Positions 18,120 to 26,228 of a DNA stretch of 36,992 nucleotides are shown piece after piece. Source of the DNA: a virus; the UHGV virus genome UHGV-0136957. One strand, given 5' to 3'. Every line of letters begins with the position of its first letter. Position 1 is the first letter of the stretch. The position numbers and the translations under genes are program-made. The notes beneath the pieces are model-generated. The model worked only from the letters and a program-made list of their open reading frames with translations, had not been told where the DNA came from and did no database searches.

Positions 18120-18154
18120 AGCGTAACGCCTTTCGATTTGTAATTTCAAATCAT

Positions 18155-18165
18155 ATTATAACATA
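18155..18165 (-). promoter_or_regulatory. Late promoter, extended -10 (TGtTATAAT) upstream of the protease/scaffold gene
   Basis: Minus-sense tatgTTATAATatgatttgaaattacaaatcgAAAGGcgttacgctATG. Confidence 0.5.
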
Positions 18166-18216
18166 TAAAATCATTTTTTGATACTCTTTAAAAAACAAAG
18201 AAATTTTTAAGTTTTT

Positions 18217-18227
18217 TATGTTATAAT
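18217..18227 (+). promoter_or_regulatory. Plus-strand extended -10 promoter motif (tatgTTATAAT); a second one (tgaTATAAT) lies at 18385-18393
   Basis: Same motif as the minus-strand late promoters, but on the opposite strand and inside an intergenic region. Confidence 0.4.
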
Positions 18228-18426
18228 TACCTTGTTTTTACCTTCTATAATCTCTTTTTTAGCCCCCGCTCGGGGGCGACTTTTAAGAAGTTTTATAAAG
18301 GGGCGTTAAAACTTTTTTTTAGAAAAAGGTAAAGGATGGTTCAAAAAACGCCCCTTTATAAGATTTTACAAATTTACAAATTTATGATATAATTGCTTGT
18401 TTTCATTATATTTCCTTTTTATGTTT

Positions 18427-18459
18427 CCCCTTGCGCTTTGCGTAAGGGGTTTATTTTTT
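18427..18459 (+). terminator. Plus-strand intrinsic terminator (10-bp stem ccccttgcgc/gcgtaagggg, loop ttt, then tttatttttt)
   Basis: Read directly. On the minus strand the hairpin is followed by A-rich sequence, so it works only in the plus (antisense) direction. Confidence 0.6.
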
Positions 18460-19344
18460 CTCAACTAATACGAAATAATCACCCGCGAGCGCGTCCTTTA
18501 CCTTTTTAAGCTCTTGGGTAGGTAAAACAAAAAGGGCTTTTTGTGAACATCTACAATTCACGCGGTCGCCACAATGTCCCCTATTTCCGTAGCTGTCAAT
18601 AATTGCGGTCGGTTCGCTATATTTATAAATTCGCCCGTCAAGGTGTATGTGTCCGCCCGCGCCCGTTGAAACTCGCTCGTCCTTACTTGTAAGCCACACA
18701 TAATACTCAAAACCCAACTGCTCGGCTCTCGCTTGCTGATAGTCGTTTGCAGCCTTTGCGGTTTGGTCTCTTGCGATTAAACGCGCTCTTTTTTCACTTA
18801 TGCCCTGATATTGTCTAGTTAGTTTAAAAATCGCCTCTTCGTCAAAATTTAAAATGCCGTTTAAAAACCCCTGTCGGTATCGCTCCATAATATCGCTAGG
18901 GATTGATTGTATAAGGGCTAAATTTCGTTCGTAAATCGCTGACATACTCTTTTTAACGCTCATTGTTTTAATTGCAAGAGCTGAAACACTCGCGTCTTTT
19001 AAAGGCGTGTTTTTTAGCTGATTTGCTAAATTTATATCAATATACCCAGCGGTTTGATTAACGAGCTTTCTACTCAAAACTTTTGCACGCTCGTTGATTT
19101 TCTTTTGCCAATCTCTTAAAAGGGCGTTTAGCTCAAAAGCAAGCTGTTTGGGCGTGTTTTTATCCAAATTTTGCTTAATTTTCGCAAGTCCCCAAAAAGT
19201 AACGCTCTTATTTATAGCTTTTGAAATTTCACCCAACTGCTTTTTAAGGCTGTTTTCAATAGCTTTGCTTGCCAAAATGGCTTTAAGCGTTATCGGTTTG
19301 GCTTGTGATTTGCGTTTGCTCGTTTTCTTGTCCGTTTTTGCCAT
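18451..19344 (-). CDS. Mu F-like head morphogenesis protein
   Basis: Size 297 aa; follows the portal, overlapping it by 62 nt; C-terminal Cys/His cluster HCGDRVNCRC. Confidence 0.5.
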   Translation of the reverse strand: MAKTDKKTSKRKSQAKPITLKAILASKAIENSLKKQLGEISKAINKSVTFWGLAKIKQNLDKNTPKQLAFELNALLRDWQKKINERAKVLSRKLVNQTAGYIDINLANQLKNTPLKDASVSALAIKTMSVKKSMSAIYERNLALIQSIPSDIMERYRQGFLNGILNFDEEAIFKLTRQYQGISEKRARLIARDQTAKAANDYQQARAEQLGFEYYVWLTSKDERVSTGAGGHIHLDGRIYKYSEPTAIIDSYGNRGHCGDRVNCRCSQKALFVLPTQELKKVKDALAGDYFVLVEKK

Positions 19345-20767
19345 AGTTTAAATCGCTTTCTAGCCCAAAATCATCCACGCTCTCATCGAACTCTTCGCCT
19401 TTGTCAATGATTTTCTTACCTTGCAAGTAGTTAAATCCTTGCTCTTGCGTAATAACGCCACTTTGGATTAAATTATTAACCACTTGGCTTTCGGTAGCGT
19501 TAATTTGCGACTGATTTAACGCGTTTTCAGTGTTAAGGTTCTCAAACTCATATTTTGGGTATAAATCAAATCCTAATTCAAGTGAAAAAATGTGTAAAAA
19601 ATTCTCTATAATCGGTTTAACAATGCTATTTTGATAAGACATAACCTCATCATAGTAGCTTTTTAAGTCAAAATCGCCCGTTGCATTAAAACCGCTAGGC
19701 GTTAAACCTAGCAATTTGACAGCGGGCATTCTTGCAGAAACGGCGATATTTTCTTGCATTTGCGCTAATAGTTTGTCTAGGTTTGTTAAATTTGTGATAC
19801 TTTCTACATATTCTTCATCGCTCGTAAGTAAAAGCGTGCCTAAATTGTTGCGTAGTTTGTTAATCGCGCCCACTCTATCCATTGCCTCCTGCGCCGATAT
19901 TTTACTCAAATCGGTTTTAAGGATTGTAGTGCGAAATCTTGTGAAAATGTCGCCTAGTGCTTGCCTTGCGCCGTCCGCTATCTTTACAAAATCTTTCATA
20001 AACTGAGGCAGTGAAATGCCGAAGTAGTTGTAAAGCGGTTTAAGCATATCGGGCGCATTAAAGAAGCTCAAACTCACAAGCCTTGTTTTATCTACAACGC
20101 CCGCACCGCTAATATACCATTTGCTAGGTTGCATAAAATCGGCATTCAGCGGATTTGATGAATTCACATCGACAGCCCCACACAAATAAGGCTCAATCAC
20201 CCTTAAATTTGTGATTGTTTCGCTTGTGATGAAATCTTTTTTAAAGTAAATAGGGTCAGCAAGCGTGCTGTTTTGCCCTATATTCGTGTCAATGTAAATC
20301 AAAGCACCGCCATAAGTAAGAGTTGTCATCACAGCTTTATGTAGAGTATCAAAAAACTTCAATTTATCAATGCGTTTTTCAAGTTTTTTGATGAATTCGG
20401 TTTCAAAGTCTGGATTTTGGTTTTCAAGCACGATTTTTCCGCCCTTTCTAAAAATCTCATTTGCGATTTTAGAAATGGCATTGTTTATAATGCTGTCATT
20501 TGCCAAAAAAGCGCATTCAGCGTAAGAAATACGCTTGTTAATCCACATTGTATATTGTGTGATGGAGTTGCCTACGCCGATGTTAGCGATAGGATTAACC
20601 CACTCGTCCATGAAACGCTTTTGCCATTTATCAAAGCACGCATTCACTGCGCTATCGCTAAATTTGATAGGTGAGCTAATGTCTAGCGAAATCTCGCCTT
20701 TTGCTTTGTCGCTTATGCCTTTCCAATCGGTTGTTTGTTTTGGCTTACTAGGGTAAAATTTACTCAT
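19283..20767 (-). CDS. Portal protein (Mu gp29 / DUF935-like)
   Basis: Size 494 aa; lies between terL and the F-like head gene, in Mu-like head gene order. Confidence 0.6.
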   Translation of the reverse strand: MSKFYPSKPKQTTDWKGISDKAKGEISLDISSPIKFSDSAVNACFDKWQKRFMDEWVNPIANIGVGNSITQYTMWINKRISYAECAFLANDSIINNAISKIANEIFRKGGKIVLENQNPDFETEFIKKLEKRIDKLKFFDTLHKAVMTTLTYGGALIYIDTNIGQNSTLADPIYFKKDFITSETITNLRVIEPYLCGAVDVNSSNPLNADFMQPSKWYISGAGVVDKTRLVSLSFFNAPDMLKPLYNYFGISLPQFMKDFVKIADGARQALGDIFTRFRTTILKTDLSKISAQEAMDRVGAINKLRNNLGTLLLTSDEEYVESITNLTNLDKLLAQMQENIAVSARMPAVKLLGLTPSGFNATGDFDLKSYYDEVMSYQNSIVKPIIENFLHIFSLELGFDLYPKYEFENLNTENALNQSQINATESQVVNNLIQSGVITQEQGFNYLQGKKIIDKGEEFDESVDDFGLESDLNYGKNGQENEQTQITSQTDNA

Positions 20768-21138
20768 TCTTTATCCTTGTAGTGATTTTTTGCAAAAAGG
20801 CGCACGCACGCCCACATAATGTTTGCCGTAAAGCGATTTACAAAGCTATCAATCATAGCTCTATAAAAGATTTTATCCGCCTCTTTGCGCGAAATTCCCA
20901 TTTTGTAGCCCTCAGTATAAAGAAAATCGTGCAACACGGCGGGCAAAGTGTGCTTACCCAAAGGCGCAATAATCGCCCAAAAAATGCGGGGGATACTTGC
21001 AAAATCGGTTTTAAAGCCTTTCGGCACTACAAAAATGCGGTTTTCGTTCATTTCATACACTAAATTTTCAGTAAGCTCGGGCGTTTCGCCATAGCGATAA
21101 ATTTTCACGCACACAAAATTTGTTAAAAATCTACTCAT
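20764..21138 (-). CDS. DUF1353-like phage protein
   Basis: The PKGFKTDFASIPR pattern is typical of DUF1353. Confidence 0.45.
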   Translation of the reverse strand: MSRFLTNFVCVKIYRYGETPELTENLVYEMNENRIFVVPKGFKTDFASIPRIFWAIIAPLGKHTLPAVLHDFLYTEGYKMGISRKEADKIFYRAMIDSFVNRFTANIMWACVRLFAKNHYKDKE

Positions 21139-21478
21139 TTTTCAACCTCTCAAATTCAGTAATGTTTAAGCAAGGCACATTCTTAATTTTTTCTCTTATT
21201 TCTAGCCCATCATAGCTTAAATTCGTAATCGTGTCTAATTTGCGTTGCAGTGTGCTTGTGTCGATTATAACGGGCTTTGAAATGTTTAAATCGCACTTTT
21301 GAGGCACAGCTTTAAATACTTCTTTATACTCAACTACGATTTTTTCTTTGGCGCAACCTACAAAGGTAAGCGCAAGGGTTGCAAGCAAAAAAAGCAATAC
21401 AAAATAGCACAAAAATCTAGCAAAGTGCCTTTTATTCGCATCTAACCTTTTTTGCTTTTTTATGATAGCTTTTTTCAT
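21131..21478 (-). CDS. o-spanin-like lipoprotein
   Basis: Signal sequence plus lipobox LTFVGC; overlaps the i-spanin. Confidence 0.5.
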   Translation of the reverse strand: MKKAIIKKQKRLDANKRHFARFLCYFVLLFLLATLALTFVGCAKEKIVVEYKEVFKAVPQKCDLNISKPVIIDTSTLQRKLDTITNLSYDGLEIREKIKNVPCLNITEFERLKNE

Positions 21479-21798
21479 TTTACCCCCTTTAACATATCGT
21501 CTAGGTAAGTCATAGCGTCCTCACAAGTTTTAACCTTGTTAATTTTAGCTTTCAAGTCCTTGCGGGCGTTTTGATATTTTGTTTCTATGATAGACATTTT
21601 TAACTCATAGCCCCGCAGTTTCTCATTTGCTAGCTTTATGCTTAAATTTTGTTTGTCGATTTGAATATGCGCCACAGTATTTGACAAAGTTAAAAGATTG
21701 ATTTCATCCATAAAATTAGCGTTTTCTTTTTTTAAAACTGAAATATACGCACTCAAACCAATAATCACAGATAAAAGCGCACCACACACATAATTCAT
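21475..21798 (-). CDS. i-spanin-like protein (N-terminal TM plus coiled coil)
   Basis: N-terminal TM ALLSVIIGLSAYISVL, then a coiled-coil; it overlaps the next gene, as Rz and Rz1 do. Confidence 0.5.
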   Translation of the reverse strand: MNYVCGALLSVIIGLSAYISVLKKENANFMDEINLLTLSNTVAHIQIDKQNLSIKLANEKLRGYELKMSIIETKYQNARKDLKAKINKVKTCEDAMTYLDDMLKGVK

Positions 21799-21953
21799 TT
21801 TTTACTCCTTAAATCGATAATTTCTTGCAAAAATCCATCAAAATTTTGCTCATACGCTGCTATTGTAGCATTTTGATATATATTATAACCCAAGCTCAAA
21901 ACAAAAAGATAAATCACTAAAATTCTAATGAAATAATAAGTATGCTTACACAT
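21795..21953 (-). CDS. Small single-TM protein (52 aa), holin/antiholin-like, not in the track
   Basis: My translation MCKHTYYFIRILVIYLFVLSLGYNIYQNATIAAYEQNFDGFLQEIIDLRSKK; its stop overlaps the i-spanin ATG. Confidence 0.3.
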   Translation of the reverse strand: MCKHTYYFIRILVIYLFVLSLGYNIYQNATIAAYEQNFDGFLQEIIDLRSKK

Positions 21954-22295
21954 TTAAGAGCTTCCCCCTTTACGCAAATTTAAAAGTCTCTCTACCAAAT
22001 TTAAGGCTTTATCAATGCCTAAAAACGCCACAGCACAGGATATAGCTAATTTTGTCATAAAGGTTAAGTCTGTGCTGTCTAAAATCGCAAAAATGATAAA
22101 CGAAAGCACAGACGAGCTTAATATACTGGCAAGCATCCTATGCCACGAACCTTTAAAATCGTGGTTTTCTAAAAAGGGCTTAAAATAGTTAGCCGAACCG
22201 ACCAAAAGCCCAAGCACAAGGCAGGGTATAATGGCGATATACTCATCAAAACCGATTAAAGTGCCTGCTGTCGCATTTAAATCTACCATCAGCAA
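21954..22295 (-). CDS. Holin-like membrane protein (3-4 transmembrane segments)
   Basis: Hydrophobic segments IAIIPCLVLGLLVGS, LASILSSSVLSFIIFAIL, LAISCAVAFLGI. Confidence 0.45.
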   Translation of the reverse strand: MLMVDLNATAGTLIGFDEYIAIIPCLVLGLLVGSANYFKPFLENHDFKGSWHRMLASILSSSVLSFIIFAILDSTDLTFMTKLAISCAVAFLGIDKALNLVERLLNLRKGGSS

Positions 22296-22471
22296 AGTCC
22301 CAAAAAATTAGAAATAGTGTAAAGTATTGAAAATGATATCAAAATCCATAAAGCCTTATTGGCTATATAGACAACCCACCATTTTTTAGACCATTTGGGT
22401 AAATTGCAAAAATTTCGCCCTATGAGCCACCAGCGAAATAAGAAAAAGCAGTATTTGAGTTTAAATTTCAT
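22289..22471 (-). CDS. Small membrane protein
   Basis: Track ORF; hydrophobic. Confidence 0.3.
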   Translation of the reverse strand: MKFKLKYCFFLFRWWLIGRNFCNLPKWSKKWWVVYIANKALWILISFSILYTISNFLGLC

Positions 22472-22724
22472 AAAAAATCACCAACCCAAACAACACTAAA
22501 AACAAAAACGCAAACAAAAAATAAAGCCACGATGGCGTCTTATCTAACTCATCAGCAGCCTTAATCATTTCAACTTTACGCGCCTGTGCGCTATCATCTA
22601 AAACCAAAACGGGCTTATTTTTTGCTGATACAAACCTGCCGTTTGCTTGTCTAGGGCGACTTTTAATAGCCTTTGACATAGACTTGCGCTCGCTTTTTGA
22701 TAAAAACACCTTACTTTTTGGCAT
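22461..22724 (-). CDS. Small basic protein with a C-terminal transmembrane segment
   Basis: AAGGAG RBS; C-terminus WLYFLFAFLFLVLFGLVIFYEI. Confidence 0.45.
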   Translation of the reverse strand: MPKSKVFLSKSERKSMSKAIKSRPRQANGRFVSAKNKPVLVLDDSAQARKVEMIKAADELDKTPSWLYFLFAFLFLVLFGLVIFYEI

Positions 22725-22776
22725 TTTAGCTCCTTACTTTTTTATTATAGTGCCTGCGGGCGTGCCTTTGGGGCAT

Positions 22777-22920
22777 TTAACCCAATAGCCATTTTTTTAA
22801 GCACATATTAGCCTCTCTCGGCTGTATGCTACAACCTGAAAAACTCAAAACAAAAGCTAAAAGTAAAACAAACAAAACGCCCGTAATAACGCCCGAGAGT
22901 GTAAAAATATAATCATTCAT
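22777..22920 (-). CDS. Small membrane or lipoprotein-like ORF (47 aa), not in the track
   Basis: My translation MNDYIFTLSGVITGVLFVLLLAFVLSFSGCSIQPREANMCLKKWLLG; the start overlaps the upstream stop (TGATG). Confidence 0.3.
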   Translation of the reverse strand: MNDYIFTLSGVITGVLFVLLLAFVLSFSGCSIQPREANMCLKKWLLG

Positions 22921-23255
22921 CAAATAGCCCCGCAAAGCGTTTTAATCAAAGGCAAAATACTTTTAGAATACTCATTTAAGTATTCTAGCTCTCGCTCTTT
23001 ATTTTCTGCTCGCTCGCTTATTTGCTTTTGGCATTCTCTTTGTAAATGGGCGTAAGCTAGGACTTTCTCTTTAAGCGTAAAGTCGTCCTTTAAATCACCC
23101 TTTGCGCTTTTTGTCAATTCTCTTTCAACAAAAACGCAAAACGCACCACGCTGGACGAAGTTTTGAAAATAGCTCACTTTTGAAAGCTCGCTAAATTTGA
23201 CTAACTCGTTTTTGAGTTTGCCTTTTGCGTCCTTATAAATGAAGTGTAGAGGCAT
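22920..23255 (-). CDS. Hypothetical protein
   Basis: Track ORF. Confidence 0.4.
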   Translation of the reverse strand: MPLHFIYKDAKGKLKNELVKFSELSKVSYFQNFVQRGAFCVFVERELTKSAKGDLKDDFTLKEKVLAYAHLQRECQKQISERAENKERELEYLNEYSKSILPLIKTLCGAI

Positions 23256-23299
23256 TTTAGCTCCTTTTGTTTTTTTATATTTGCCATTATATCACAATT

Positions 23300-24613
23300 T
23301 TACAAAAAATCAGCCCACGAAACTGAACGCTTTAATAAAAAATCCAAAGCGTAGTAAGTGCAATCTACCATATCATCGTGTAAATGCTGTTCGTCTGCCC
23401 TAAATGCTTTTAATTCACTCAAATACCCACTTACCCAAGAGTTAAGCGGATTTTTAGACATAGGCAGTTTAAGCCTTTGAAACTCGCTTAAAACTGATGA
23501 AACCCTTGTAAATTTATCTTTTTTGGGCGTAACTTCCCTTAAAGGCAAATGCGTTAAGCGTTTTAGCTCTTGCAGTAGTGAAATACCGCTTGCCTTTTTT
23601 TCTATGATAAAATCCGTAGGGCTTAAATGGTAGGTATCCACAGCCCATTCATAAGCGTTAATAGCTTGCGTTTGTAACTCATTAAAATCCCAACGCCCAC
23701 GAAAAATACGCGTTAAGTGAATATCGTTGCCCTTTACACAAAAAACGCCTATCACTGAAAAATCAGCGTTTTCGTTTTTGCTAAAAGCCGTGTCAGCCGT
23801 GATTATAATACGCTCATACCCTTGCGGTTCATTGTCGTTAAAATATCCTATCACGGCGGTATTTATAACATTTCCGTCCTCCACGCCCAAAGGCTCGCCT
23901 AAATGCACCCAGCCAAACATTTGCGGGGTCATAGTTTGAAAATCGCTATTTATGTCTGCCAAAATTGTTTCATTTAAAAAAGGATTGTCGCCACAAACCC
24001 AGCGTTTAAGCTCTTTATTATACTTGCTAGCTACAATTTTCTTAACAAAGCAACGCTCATCTTTATTGTTTATCGCCTTTTGATATAAAAAATCATCGTC
24101 TTTTTCGGGGTTAAAGCTAAAAATCAGCTTTGAGTTTAAAGCCCGTATCGTCGGTTTTAGCTTATTATAGCTAAATTCAGTTAAAAAGTTCGCTTCGTCA
24201 ATCCAGCAAAAATTTATATCTTTAAGCCCTTTTAAGCTATCTACTACATTATCATTTATGCCCGCAAAGATGAATTCACTTTTATTAAATTCTAAAACTA
24301 TCCTTTGCGCCTTAAATTTGATGAGTTTTTCATTTTGATAATATTTTTTAATTTCCAAGTCCATTTCGCCTAATTGATACTCAATTTCGTTATTTTCGAA
24401 AAAGTCCTGTATGTCTTTATAAACCGAACTGCGCCCGCTCGTTTGAAACTCTCTTAATACTAAAATCCGTGTTTTCTTTTTAAGTGCTTGATTACCTAGA
24501 AAATCAGCGATTGCGTGATTTTTACCGCCATAGCGTGAGCCATAGTAGATATACTCTCTATAATTTGTTTGCCATAAATCTTTAAAGGCAGGCGCGACTT
24601 GTGTTTTAACCAT
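23300..24613 (-). CDS. Terminase large subunit
   Basis: P-loop-like YYGSRYGGKNHAIADFL, an acidic nuclease region at the C-terminus, and size and position consistent with terL. Confidence 0.7.
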   Translation of the reverse strand: MVKTQVAPAFKDLWQTNYREYIYYGSRYGGKNHAIADFLGNQALKKKTRILVLREFQTSGRSSVYKDIQDFFENNEIEYQLGEMDLEIKKYYQNEKLIKFKAQRIVLEFNKSEFIFAGINDNVVDSLKGLKDINFCWIDEANFLTEFSYNKLKPTIRALNSKLIFSFNPEKDDDFLYQKAINNKDERCFVKKIVASKYNKELKRWVCGDNPFLNETILADINSDFQTMTPQMFGWVHLGEPLGVEDGNVINTAVIGYFNDNEPQGYERIIITADTAFSKNENADFSVIGVFCVKGNDIHLTRIFRGRWDFNELQTQAINAYEWAVDTYHLSPTDFIIEKKASGISLLQELKRLTHLPLREVTPKKDKFTRVSSVLSEFQRLKLPMSKNPLNSWVSGYLSELKAFRADEQHLHDDMVDCTYYALDFLLKRSVSWADFL

Positions 24614-25208
24614 TTAAAAGCTCAGCATCGATAGTTTTGTCATCTTTCTTTGAAATATCGCCCAAAAACTCGACTTGCACTTCAAGTTTAGCGGGCTTTT
24701 TGTCGGTTGTGCCACTCTTTGCGCCGTATTGATTATTTTGCATATTATTTTGTATAGCGATTTGCGGTGCTTTTGGAAAAATGCCGACAGCTTCATTTAA
24801 GGCTTTTAGCGCATTAGCGTATTCTTTAATCATAGCTAAATCATCAGGGTTGTTATAGTCAATATCGCTTAACGCTTTATCAAGGGCAGAGACACACTTA
24901 TTAGCGACTGACAGCATATCACCCTTTAATTTATCTACTTTATCCGCGAAATCAGTGAAAATAGCTGTTGTGGCTTTTGGCAGAGTTGCTGTTTCTACTT
25001 TTTCAATCGCTTGCACGGCGTTTTGGATTTTAGCTTTTTTTGAATTTAAATGTTCGGGCTTTATAGCATTTGTTTTTTTAAGGTATAAACGGAAGTTTTC
25101 ACTTTTAAGCCCGTTTAGCTCTGCCACTTCTTTTATTGACAGCGAATTTGCGATATACTCGCCACGCGCTTTTTCTAATGCTAATTTCTCCTTGCTTACA
25201 TAAGCCAT
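24606..25208 (-). CDS. Putative terminase small subunit (N-terminal HTH)
   Basis: HTH-like SIKEVAELNGLKSENFRLYL; immediately upstream of terL and overlapping it by 8 nt. Confidence 0.5.
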   Translation of the reverse strand: MAYVSKEKLALEKARGEYIANSLSIKEVAELNGLKSENFRLYLKKTNAIKPEHLNSKKAKIQNAVQAIEKVETATLPKATTAIFTDFADKVDKLKGDMLSVANKCVSALDKALSDIDYNNPDDLAMIKEYANALKALNEAVGIFPKAPQIAIQNNMQNNQYGAKSGTTDKKPAKLEVQVEFLGDISKKDDKTIDAELLNG

Positions 25209-25213
25209 AATTT

Positions 25214-25293
25214 CAAACCTTAACTAAAACCCTATTATACCATAAATTAACCTTAATCAAACCTTAAACAAAACTTAATTTTATTTAAGGTTT
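25214..25293. promoter_or_regulatory. Upstream region of terS: extended -10 promoter (TGgTATAAT, 25234-25242, minus strand) plus four AACCTTAA motifs (3 direct, 1 inverted); candidate late-activator or pac-related site
   Basis: AACCTTAA at 25216-25223, 25249-25256 and 25260-25267; inverted copy at 25285-25292. Confidence 0.4.
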
Positions 25294-25303
25294 GTATTAA
25301 AAA

Positions 25304-26059
25304 TCAAAAAAGCGTATTTTCTCGGTTGGCTTTATAAAAATCTAAACTTTTTTTATAAAAATTTCTATCGATTTCAAAGCCATAACCTTTTCTTTTTAAA
25401 TTATCGGCAACTAAAACGCTCACACCAGAACCACAACAAGGGTCAATCACAACATCATTCTCATCAGTAAAAATGTAAATCAAACGCTCAATTAGGTTAT
25501 AGGGCTTTTGCGTGGGGTGTATTTTTGAAATGTTTGCGTTACGCCCATTATCAAATTCAAAATGGTTTAAAATCATCTTGCCGTCATTTCTAAACTTTGG
25601 CAGTTTGTTTCTATAAAACAAGACTGCAAATTCAACAGCACCCACGATTTTCATATTTGCCTTTAACACCTGCGGACTCGTTTTTTTGATGAAAAATAAA
25701 GGCAGATTGTTTTTAAACCCGTATTTTTTAGCCGTTTCTATCAAAAAGTGCATTTGTTGAAAAGCACAAAAAACAATCATACAGCCTGCATCGCCTGCTG
25801 ATTTCGGCTCAGGTTTAACCAATTTGCTACAAAAATGGAAAAACTCAACAGAATTAAAATTTAAATCGCTGTTGAAAAACTGCTTATTTGCAAGCTTGCT
25901 TTCGCCTTTTTTATTATCGCCCCCAACATACCATTCGGGCGAACTCGCATAAGCGTTATTACCCAAATTATAGGGTATATCAGCTATGACTAACTGCGCT
26001 TTCGGTATATTGTAACGCTTATAGTTTTGGAAATTGTCGTTAAAGATGTTGATTTTCAT
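25304..26059 (-). CDS. DNA methyltransferase, N4/N6 amino-MTase family (beta architecture: DIPY motif N-terminal, FxGxG-like DPCCGSG C-terminal)
   Basis: LVIADIPYNLG ... VVIDPCCGSGVSV. Confidence 0.8.
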   Translation of the reverse strand: MKINIFNDNFQNYKRYNIPKAQLVIADIPYNLGNNAYASSPEWYVGGDNKKGESKLANKQFFNSDLNFNSVEFFHFCSKLVKPEPKSAGDAGCMIVFCAFQQMHFLIETAKKYGFKNNLPLFFIKKTSPQVLKANMKIVGAVEFAVLFYRNKLPKFRNDGKMILNHFEFDNGRNANISKIHPTQKPYNLIERLIYIFTDENDVVIDPCCGSGVSVLVADNLKRKGYGFEIDRNFYKKSLDFYKANRENTLF

Positions 26060-26228
26060 TGTTTATCCTTTTTGTATTTTTCTAACTTGTCGTTTTGCGC
26101 GAACTTTTGAGCTACACGCAAATAAATTTCAATCAAAGTTTTATCATCACTTTTGATTTTCTTTTTCATTTTGCCCCTTTCAAACTTTAAATAAAAATTC
26201 ATTCATCACGGCATAATCGTCCGCGCTT

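Noticed and set aside
18149-18149. Track start codons at 18149 (TTG), 32681, 31846 and 34554
   Set aside because: These longest-ORF starts overlap upstream genes or promoters. Internal ATGs with good RBSs (18119, 32657, 31810, 34494) are more plausible and are used in the features.
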